Source of the DNA: Aerococcus urinaehominis | GTDB taxonomy: Bacteria; Bacillota; Bacilli; Lactobacillales; Aerococcaceae | Length of the DNA stretch: 24,000 nt | Reading direction: 5' to 3' | Assembly (NCBI RefSeq): GCF_001543245.1 | Contig: NZ_CP014163.1 | Location: forward strand, 950,387 to 974,386 | Shown here: in pieces, positions 17,316-24,000 of the stretch | How positions within the stretch are numbered: position 1 is the stretch's first letter | Layout: each line of letters begins with the position of its first letter | Made by a program: the position numbers and the translations under genes | The notes under the pieces: generated by a model | What the model saw: only the letters and a program-made list of their open reading frames with translations | Told to the model about the DNA's origin: nothing | Database searches by the model: none

Positions 17316-17528
17316 ATGAAAAAGGGATTAATTGAGGATTTAAAAGTGATTATAGCAACCTTCATCTTTGGTCTAGCCTGGCTGCTAATCACTAGCTACA
17401 TATCAGGAAGTCAACCTCTGCTAGTAGCTGAAGATTATAAATTTCTCTTTACCTATACCTTTATTGTATCGGTCGTGTTCATAGGCAGCCGTCTAATTAA
17501 AGGTCAAAAAACTAATAAAAGTAATTAA
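17316..17528 (+). CDS. 70-aa small membrane protein, probable immunity protein of the preceding peptides
   Basis: MKKGLIEDLKVIIATFIFGLAWLLITSYI...FLFTYTFIVSVVFIGSRLIKG; two hydrophobic segments; last gene of peptide operon. Confidence 0.6.
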   Translation: MKKGLIEDLKVIIATFIFGLAWLLITSYISGSQPLLVAEDYKFLFTYTFIVSVVFIGSRLIKGQKTNKSN

Positions 17529-17530
17529 TT

Positions 17531-17557
17531 AAAGTAGCCCGCAACCGGGCTACTTTT
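17531..17557 (+). terminator. Intrinsic terminator
   Basis: AAAGTAGCCC-GCAACC-GGGCTACTTTT. Confidence 0.85.
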
Positions 17558-17598
17558 ATATTTTCAGCGCAAGATCTGCTAAATTAGTCCCCAATCTA

Positions 17599-17715
17599 TC
17601 AGGCACAAATTTTACCATAACAGGCCCGCAACCAATCCCAGGCTTTCTTTAGGTCCTGAACGCCTCCAAAGCCCGCTTTAACTTGTCTGAGCTCTTGATT
17701 AGATAAAGTTTTCAT
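17599..17715 (-). CDS. Double-glycine-type leader peptide, 38 aa; absent from ORF track
   Basis: MKTLSNQELRQVKAG | FGGVQDLKKAWDWLRACYGKICA; L-12 S-11 E-8 L-7 V-4 A-2 G-1; RBS AAAGGAGGGGG. Confidence 0.82.
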   Translation of the reverse strand: MKTLSNQELRQVKAGFGGVQDLKKAWDWLRACYGKICA

Positions 17716-17732
17716 CAACTTCCCCCTCCTTT

Positions 17733-17748
17733 AATTGTATATACAATT
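17733..17748. promoter_or_regulatory. 16-bp perfect palindrome AATTGTATATACAATT between putative -10 (TATTAT, minus, 17751-17756) and RBS of the 38-aa peptide
   Basis: Read directly; GTATATAC also begins 6 nt after the -10. Confidence 0.45.
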
Positions 17749-17842
17749 CCATAATAAACCAAGTCTGTTTTAACTCTGATTAGTCTTCTTAAATCTGCTT
17801 TTTTTATTCCTGAACGAAAACTGTTGGTATCATTAGCTAACA

Positions 17843-17885
17843 AAATAGCACCCTAGCGAAACTATCCTGCTAAGGTGCTATTTTT
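17843..17885. terminator. Bidirectional terminator near the end of the metQ-type operon
   Basis: AAAATAGCACC...GGTGCTATTTTT. Confidence 0.65.
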
Positions 17886-17896
17886 ACCTACTGATA

Positions 17897-18721
17897 TTAG
17901 GGTTGCGGTGCACCCTCCCAAACTGGGATAGATGAACCATTGGACATTTCATCGATGATCTTAGCGACTTGGTCGGTTTGATAGTACTTAATAATCGTTT
18001 GGAAAATTTCCTCGTCCTGGCGGTCACCCCGAGCTGCAATAACATTGTAATAAGGTTTAGAGCTCTCAGCCACTGGCTCCAAGTAAATTGAATCTTGGGT
18101 TGGGATAAAGCCAGCATCAGTAGCCATATCATTGTTAACCAGGGCGATGTCGACATCATTTAATGAGCGCGCCGTTTGGTTGGCAGCCATAGAGGTAAAC
18201 TGAAGGTTTTTAGGATTTTCAGTAATATCATTGATAGTTGGTAAGAGACCCTTGGCTGGATCCAGCTTGATTAGGCCAGCCGTTTGTAAGAGTAAGAGGG
18301 CCCGGCTCTCGTTAGACACATCATCAGGAACCGCTACCTTGGCGTTATCAGCTAATTGGTCTAGACTAGTAATTTTTTCAGAGAAGACCCCCATAGGATT
18401 AAGGGTGGTATAGGCAATGGTCGTATTGGTATAACCCGATTCCTTGTTAACCTCTTCCATGAAAATTTCAGTCAAGGCTGAATGAAGGTCAATTGAACCA
18501 TCTTCAAGGGCCACAATTGGCGCCCGGTAGTCAGTAAACTTAACGAGCTCCAAATTGATATTTTCCTTGTCGGCTAATTCTTTTTGGATGTATTCCCACT
18601 GGTCATTCTTTTCCCCAACTACCCCTAAGCGGACAGTAGTTGCCTCACTGGAACCGGAAGAACCACAGGCAGCTAGGACAAAGGTGACAGCTAAAAATAG
18701 GGCAAGTAGTTTCTTTTTCAT
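17897..18721 (-). CDS. MetQ/NLPA-family substrate-binding lipoprotein, 274 aa; start probably 18721
   Basis: MKKKLLALFLAVTFVLAACGSS lipobox; VRLGVVGEKNDQWEYIQKEL...VAVPDDVSNESRALLLLQTAGLIKL. Confidence 0.88.
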   Translation of the reverse strand: MKKKLLALFLAVTFVLAACGSSGSSEATTVRLGVVGEKNDQWEYIQKELADKENINLELVKFTDYRAPIVALEDGSIDLHSALTEIFMEEVNKESGYTNTTIAYTTLNPMGVFSEKITSLDQLADNAKVAVPDDVSNESRALLLLQTAGLIKLDPAKGLLPTINDITENPKNLQFTSMAANQTARSLNDVDIALVNNDMATDAGFIPTQDSIYLEPVAESSKPYYNVIAARGDRQDEEIFQTIIKYYQTDQVAKIIDEMSNGSSIPVWEGAPQP

Positions 18722-18725
18722 TTTG

Positions 18726-19931
18726 TTAATTTCCTTTCGCGCGACTGGTTTGGTAATCAGTCTTAATTTTTTGACGTAAATTGTCATCAGTATAAAGGTC
18801 AAGGGCTGTCCGAGCTAGCAGTTCGGCGGCTAGGGCAATCGAAGCTAAGCCCTTATCGCTTTTGGCAGCTGCTTTAAATTCGCTTGAGTGACCAGCAATA
18901 TAGTCATCTGATATCGAGATATAAGGCTGGATCGTCGGAATCACCTGGCTCACATTACCAACATCTGATGAACCCAGGCCCTTGTCAACTGGATTTTCCT
19001 CAATATCACAATCCGGGATGTCTAGTGCTTTAATATGGTTGAGAAAGACCTGGTCAAAACTAGGTGTTTTTATCATATCGTCACAGGCATTTTGAAAGAG
19101 GCCAAACTGATAAGTCGTACCGGTTGCTTGGGCAGCCCCGGCAACCACATTTTCTACTTTTTGGTAGACCTGGTCCAGGGTGGCCCGGTTTTTAGCCCGC
19201 AGATAAAAGCGGGCTGAAGTATAGTCGGGCACCACATTGGCAGCTTGACCCCCATCGGTAATGACACCGTGGATATTGACATCCTTGGGCATGGAGAATC
19301 GCAAACTATTGATACCATTAAAGGCTAGAATCATAGCATCTAGGGCCGAAATTCCCTTTTCTGGGGCAGCAGCTGCGTGGGATGACTTGCCGAAAAATTC
19401 AATATCAACCGGATCATTAGCCAAGAAGGCTGAGGTCGGTTGGTACTTGTGGCCGGGATGGGCGCAGAGAGCAAAATCGACGTCAGCAAAGAAGCCATGT
19501 CTCACAAAAGACCCCTTGGCTGACCCATTCTCGCCGCCCTCTTCGCCTGGCGTCCCATAAACCCGGACTTGGCCCCCCAAGTCATCAATCACCTGCTTAA
19601 TAGCAGCGCCAGCTAAGCAGGAATAGTTGCCAAAGAGATTGTGGCCACAGGCGTGGCCAATACCGGGCAGGGCATCATACTCCGCCAAGAAGGCAATGGT
19701 TGGTCCGGGCTGACCAGAATCATAGTAGGCAGCAAAAGCTGTTCGGTGACCAGCCACATCCCGGACCACTTTAAAACCAAGCTGGTCTAATTGGTCAGCC
19801 AAGACCTGCTGGCTATGAAATTCATAGTTAGAAACTTCGGGGTGGGCATGAATATCCAAGGCTAAATCCTGGTAAATTGGCGCTTGCTTGCTAATATAGT
19901 CATGAATTTTTTCTTGATAGTCGCTTAACAT
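18726..19931 (-). CDS. M20-family amidohydrolase/peptidase (PM20D2/AbgB-like)
   Basis: LALDIHAHPEVSNYEFHS, FLAEYDALPGIGHACGHNL, GTPGEEGGENGSAKG, ALCAHPG. Confidence 0.88.
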   Translation of the reverse strand: MLSDYQEKIHDYISKQAPIYQDLALDIHAHPEVSNYEFHSQQVLADQLDQLGFKVVRDVAGHRTAFAAYYDSGQPGPTIAFLAEYDALPGIGHACGHNLFGNYSCLAGAAIKQVIDDLGGQVRVYGTPGEEGGENGSAKGSFVRHGFFADVDFALCAHPGHKYQPTSAFLANDPVDIEFFGKSSHAAAAPEKGISALDAMILAFNGINSLRFSMPKDVNIHGVITDGGQAANVVPDYTSARFYLRAKNRATLDQVYQKVENVVAGAAQATGTTYQFGLFQNACDDMIKTPSFDQVFLNHIKALDIPDCDIEENPVDKGLGSSDVGNVSQVIPTIQPYISISDDYIAGHSSEFKAAAKSDKGLASIALAAELLARTALDLYTDDNLRQKIKTDYQTSRAKGN

Positions 19932-19968
19932 CAGGCACCTCCTCTTATTAGTCGACTAATAGTAACTG

Positions 19969-20802
19969 CTATTTACGGCCAAATTGTTCCCAAGCTGGCA
20001 CATTAGCACCCTTAGAGGTCTCTTGGATGGCTTGGGCCGTTTTATCCGTTTGGTAAGCGTCAACTACTTTTTGATAGACTTCATTGTCCTGGTCTTCAGC
20101 TCGGGCCACGATGATGTTGACATAGGGTTTAGAATTCTCATCAACCGGCTCAGAGAAAATGGCATCACTTTCCGGATTTAAACCAGCATCGACAGCCATG
20201 CCGCTATTAATAACTGAGATGGTCACATCACCTAGGCTGCGGGCTGTTTGTGAAGCATCGACCTCGGTAATCTTTAGGTTTAGCGGGTTTTCCGTAATAT
20301 CAGAAACTGTCGGTGTAATGCCCTTAGCTGGATCAACCTTAATCAGACCCGCTGACTGTAAAAGTATTAGGGCCCGACCACCATTAGTCACATCAGAAGG
20401 TATGGCCACTGTGTCCCCGGCTTTAACCTCTTTGATATCTTGCACTTGGTTAGAGTAGATGGCTAGTGGGGCAATCACGGTATTACCGATAGACACCAGG
20501 TCAGTGCCAAATTCCTCATTAAAATTATCTAAAAAGATTTGGTGTTGGAAGGAATTGAGGTCAATATCACCTTCAGCTAAAGCCTTATTAGGCTGGCTAT
20601 ATTCGGTAAATTTGACATACTCAAGCTCAATCCCATCTGCAGCTAGGTCTTCCTTAACGCTATCCCAGACATCCGTGTCTTCACCAATAATACCTAACTT
20701 AACAGTTTGGTCAGCGCTATCTCCTGATTCTCTACCTCCACCGCAAGCAGCCAGACTCAGACCTGTTGCAAATAATAATGATAGCTTTAATAATTTTTTC
20801 AT
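19969..20802 (-). CDS. MetQ/NLPA-family substrate-binding lipoprotein, 277 aa
   Basis: MKKLLKLSLLFATGLSLAACGGG lipobox; GDTVAIPSDVTNGGRALILLQSAGLIKV; paralogue of 17897-18721. Confidence 0.9.
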   Translation of the reverse strand: MKKLLKLSLLFATGLSLAACGGGRESGDSADQTVKLGIIGEDTDVWDSVKEDLAADGIELEYVKFTEYSQPNKALAEGDIDLNSFQHQIFLDNFNEEFGTDLVSIGNTVIAPLAIYSNQVQDIKEVKAGDTVAIPSDVTNGGRALILLQSAGLIKVDPAKGITPTVSDITENPLNLKITEVDASQTARSLGDVTISVINSGMAVDAGLNPESDAIFSEPVDENSKPYVNIIVARAEDQDNEVYQKVVDAYQTDKTAQAIQETSKGANVPAWEQFGRK

Positions 20803-20828
20803 CTTAATTATCCCCCTTAAATAAAAAA

Positions 20829-21088
20829 AGCCCCTTTACTGGAGACCAGTAAAAGGACGACGTATCGTGTTACCACCTTTAGTTCAGAAGCCAAAGCTTC
20901 CCTCAAACCAACCGCCAAACGATTGGCGCTGATTTTAACGGTTCAGCTACCGGCCCAGCCTCATATCGACTAGACAACCTCCAAGACCATCTTCAGCTAA
21001 TCACCATCTCATTTCTTTCACCAACCGAAATGTCTCTAAAATAGGTCCTTAACTTACTCTTCTTTTCATAGGTATGCTTCATTTGATT
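20829..21088 (-). ncRNA. T-box riboswitch leader
   Basis: Minus strand: GGTTGGTGAAA distal element, T-box AAAGGTGGTAACACG, then terminator TTTACTGG-TCT-CCAGTAAAGGGGCTTTTTTT. Confidence 0.82.
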
Positions 21089-21095
21089 AAATATT

Positions 21096-21124
21096 ATTAT
21101 AGGAGATAGCCCTAACAGGGTCAA
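21096..21124 (-). promoter_or_regulatory. Promoter of T-box operon
   Basis: TTGACC-N17-TATAAT on minus strand. Confidence 0.75.
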
Positions 21125-21243
21125 CATGATAGCCGTCACCCTTTTTGCATCATCAGTGATCGTTTTATATAATCACATAAGTTTTTTGCTATTTGTTTAG
21201 GGCTTGCCTTATAATAAGAATAAAATACCCAGGAGGAAAATTT

Positions 21244-21498
21244 ATGTCTACTAGTCCACAAAGAATGGCCCAAATGTTTACTTTTATTGCTCTATTTTCA
21301 GTTGTTTTTGGCTATACCATCGATAGCAATAGTCTGCAATTTTTATTCAATGTTATTCTGCCTATCGCCATGTATATCGCTAGTTTTGTCGTCCTATTCA
21401 AAGGCCGGGTCCAAGCAACTGACGCTAAAATTTCTTATTATGGCGGTGCCTTTATCGTAGCTATCGGACTGATTATCCAGTTTGTGATCTTAAAATAA
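21244..21498 (+). CDS. Small membrane protein, 84 aa
   Basis: MSTSPQRMAQMFTFIALFSVVFGYTIDS...; RBS AGGAGG. Confidence 0.65.
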   Translation: MSTSPQRMAQMFTFIALFSVVFGYTIDSNSLQFLFNVILPIAMYIASFVVLFKGRVQATDAKISYYGGAFIVAIGLIIQFVILK

Positions 21499-21642
21499 TA
21501 GCTTAATTTTTTATTCATTCTAATATAAAATATAATACGCTTATATTTTCAAAATGATTCTAATCTATTATTTGACTTATTTATTTAAAGGACTTACAAT
21601 TAATTTGTAGCAATAAGTTAATTTATAAAGGAGTCGATTCAA

Positions 21643-22065
21643 ATGGCATTTGATTATAAAGACCACGGTAAAGAACCTTATGTTGTTAATATTGATGACT
21701 ATACGACCGAAAATGAAAATTACCGCACCACTATCTGGACTGGTGAAAAATTGCAAGTAACGGTGATGTCAATTGCGGTTGGTGATGATATCGGCTTAGA
21801 AGTCCACCATGGCATTGACCAATTTATCCGTATCGAAGCTGGTCAAGGCCTCTGCCAAATGGGTGAAGCCGAGGATGACCTCAGCTTTGAACAAAAAGTA
21901 GCTGCTGATGACGCTATTTTTGTCCCGGCTGACAAGTGGCATAATGTAACCAACACTGGTGACGAACCTTTGAAACTCTATACCGTTTACGCAGGCCCTG
22001 ACCATGTGCCGGGCACGATCCACGAAACCCACCAAGATGCAGAAAATGATCCCAATGAACACTAA
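21643..22065 (+). CDS. Cupin-domain protein, 140 aa
   Basis: GLEVHHGIDQFIRIEAGQG...FVPADKWHNVTNTGDEPLKLYTVYAGPDHVPG. Confidence 0.88.
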   Translation: MAFDYKDHGKEPYVVNIDDYTTENENYRTTIWTGEKLQVTVMSIAVGDDIGLEVHHGIDQFIRIEAGQGLCQMGEAEDDLSFEQKVAADDAIFVPADKWHNVTNTGDEPLKLYTVYAGPDHVPGTIHETHQDAENDPNEH

Positions 22066-22074
22066 TTAACACGC

Positions 22075-22115
22075 AAAGGCCCCGCCTATCATTAGAGATA
22101 GGCGGGGCCTTTTTA
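22075..22115. terminator. Strong bidirectional terminator between cupin gene and gltX
   Basis: AAAGGCCCCGCCTATC...GATAGGCGGGGCCTTTTT. Confidence 0.9.
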
Positions 22116-22147
22116 TTTGGATTAATTGCTACTAGATGCAAGCTAAT

Positions 22148-23623
22148 CTAGTCTTCAATTAAAGCTAGCGCTTGGTCAAGGTGGTGGAGAACTTTTTCCT
22201 TTCCTAGTACTTCAATCGTTAAACCAATAGATGGGCCATGAGCTTCACCAGAGGTAGCTACTCGAATTGGCATATAAAGGTTTTTACCCTTAATGCCAGT
22301 TTCTTTCTGAACCGCCTTGATGGCAGCCATAATATTGGCTTCGGTAAAATCATCTACTGCTGCTAGTTTATCTTTGAAGTTTACCAAGAGGTCGGCTACC
22401 CCTTCACCTTGTAGAATTTCCTTGGCATCATCAGCTATGGCCAGTTCATCTTGGAAGAACATATCTGATAAAGGCACGATCTGAGCCGCGTAAGACATCT
22501 CATCCTTGTAAAGCGATACTAGTCGTTCTGTCCAAGCTAATTCCTCAGCACTCGGCTTAGCTGAAATACGACCTGCTTCTTGGAGGTGGTCTATGGCTAA
22601 CTTAGCTACCGTTTCCTCATCAGCAGCCTTCATATAACGGTTGTTAATCCACTCTAATTTCTTATTATCGAAGCCAGCCGCTGATTTACCTAGCCGGTTT
22701 TCGTCAAAAATTTCGATGAGTTCCTCTTTAGAGAAAATTTCCTCTTCTCCCTGCGGTGACCAGCCTAAAAGGGCTATAAAGTTAAACATGGCCTCTGGTA
22801 GATAGCCTAAATCCCGGTATTGCTCAATAAATTGGATAATTGAAGCATCCCGCTTAGATAATTTTTTACCTGTTTCGGTATTAACAATTAAGGCCATATG
22901 ACCATAAATCGGATGGTCCCATCCTAGGGCATCGTAAATCATCATTTGTTTAGGTGTATTAGCCACATGGTCATCGCCGCGCAAGACATGGCTAGTAGCC
23001 ATCAAGTGGTCATCTACAACAACTGCAAAGTTATAGGTTGGGGAACCATCATTTTTTAGGATAACAAAGTCACCAGAAATGTCCTTAGATTCAAAAGAAA
23101 CTTCACCCTTAACCATATCCTCAAAACGATAAGTCTGTCCCTCTGGAATACGGAAGCGTACAGTCTCAGGGCGACCTTCTTGACGGGCTTGATCAATATC
23201 GGCCTGGCTCCGGTCACGCCAAACACCAGTATAATGCGGCATCTCGCCACGCGCCTTTTGAGCTTCTCGCTCAGCTTCTAATTCTTCTTCAGTATCAAAA
23301 GCATAATAGGCATCACCTTGGTCAATCAACTGTTGGATATATTTAGCATAAATATCATCACGCTCAGATTGACGATAAGGACCGTATTCACCTGGATTAT
23401 TAGGCCCCTCATCCCAGTCAATACCTAGCCATTCTAAGTTGCTAAGTTGACTCTCTTCACCACCATCGATATTCCGTTTTTTATCAGTATCTTCAATCCG
23501 AATAATGAAGTCACCACCATGGTGACGAGCAAATAAATAATTAAATAGAGCCGTCCGGGCATTACCAATGTGTAGGTAGCCGGTTGGACTTGGTGCATAG
23601 CGCACCCGGATTTTTTCAGTCAT
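22148..23623 (-). CDS. gltX: Glutamyl-tRNA synthetase, 491 aa; start probably 23623
   Basis: [28 protein letters not shown] and [11 protein letters not shown]. Confidence 0.96.
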   Translation of the reverse strand: MTEKIRVRYAPSPTGYLHIGNARTALFNYLFARHHGGDFIIRIEDTDKKRNIDGGEESQLSNLEWLGIDWDEGPNNPGEYGPYRQSERDDIYAKYIQQLIDQGDAYYAFDTEEELEAEREAQKARGEMPHYTGVWRDRSQADIDQARQEGRPETVRFRIPEGQTYRFEDMVKGEVSFESKDISGDFVILKNDGSPTYNFAVVVDDHLMATSHVLRGDDHVANTPKQMMIYDALGWDHPIYGHMALIVNTETGKKLSKRDASIIQFIEQYRDLGYLPEAMFNFIALLGWSPQGEEEIFSKEELIEIFDENRLGKSAAGFDNKKLEWINNRYMKAADEETVAKLAIDHLQEAGRISAKPSAEELAWTERLVSLYKDEMSYAAQIVPLSDMFFQDELAIADDAKEILQGEGVADLLVNFKDKLAAVDDFTEANIMAAIKAVQKETGIKGKNLYMPIRVATSGEAHGPSIGLTIEVLGKEKVLHHLDQALALIED

Positions 23624-23714
23624 AAAAATCTCCTTTTCAAAAGTCATTCCTGGTTTATTTTAGCATATCCGAAGGCAAAGAAAAAGAAGGGCTACTGCCC
23701 TTCTTTGGCTACTA

Positions 23715-24000
23715 TTAAGCCAGTTTAGCAAAAATCATGCGGCCAGCGTTGGTTTGAATTGCCGAAGTCACTTCTACTTGTACATACTCATCAAGATGGT
23801 CACGGCCATCTTCAACAACAATCATCGTGCCATCATCTAAATAACCGACACCCTGGCGGCGTTCAGAACCAGCCTTAATCAAGTGAACCGACATTAGTTC
23901 ACCCGGTAAGACAACTGTCTTGAGAGATCCGGCTAATTCGTTAACATTAAGGACCTTAATCTTGTGAATTTGACTGACTTTATTAAGATTGTAGTCGTTA
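23715..24000 (-). CDS. PIN/TRAM-domain protein (YacL-like), partial
   Basis: ...[83 protein letters not shown]. Confidence 0.85.
   Translation of the reverse strand, partial: NDYNLNKVSQIHKIKVLNVNELAGSLKTVVLPGELMSVHLIKAGSERRQGVGYLDDGTMIVVEDGRDHLDEYVQVEVTSAIQTNAGRMIFAKLA

Noticed and set aside
18231-20458. Plus-strand ORFs antisense to the lipoprotein and amidohydrolase genes
   Set aside because: Shadow ORFs of well-supported minus-strand genes.
21796-22141. Minus-strand 88- and 75-aa ORFs over the cupin gene
   Set aside because: Antisense to a clear cupin CDS; the second also runs over the terminator.
1-24000. CRISPR array, toxin-antitoxin pair, restriction or retron-type defence system
   Set aside because: No regularly spaced repeats and no recognisable defence-associated domains found; the accessory content is bacteriocin/IS related.

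Overview
Low-GC Firmicute (Lactobacillales/Aerococcaceae-like, inferred) chromosome segment. Two housekeeping blocks flank an accessory bacteriocin island. Left block, minus strand: mrnC (partial), cysS, cysE, glgP, malQ and a GldA-like dehydrogenase. Right block: a T-box-led operon of two MetQ-type lipoproteins around an M20 amidohydrolase, a small membrane protein, a cupin, gltX and a PIN/TRAM protein (partial). The island (about 7.9-17.75 kb) holds one C39-peptidase ABC exporter, a LytTR response regulator, a quorum-sensing-type histidine kinase gene and, by my reading, eight double-glycine (GG/AG) leader peptides. Several are shorter than the supplied ORF cutoff or hidden in a longer or shifted frame: a 58-aa peptide after the exporter, a 42-aa pheromone-like peptide directly upstream of the kinase, a peptide readable only through a -1 shift at A_AAA_AAG, a 52-aa peptide and a 38-aa peptide. 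The kinase gene appears broken twice: an IS256-family element with an 8-bp target duplication (AACATCTA) sits in its N-terminal codons, and an A7 tract puts the rest out of frame. Removing the IS and adding one A gives a continuous protein of about 436 aa. Three bacteriocin operons share a promoter architecture, -10 / 6 nt / GTAA-N4-TTAC, which is a candidate shared operator. No database search was possible; family names come from recognisable motifs.
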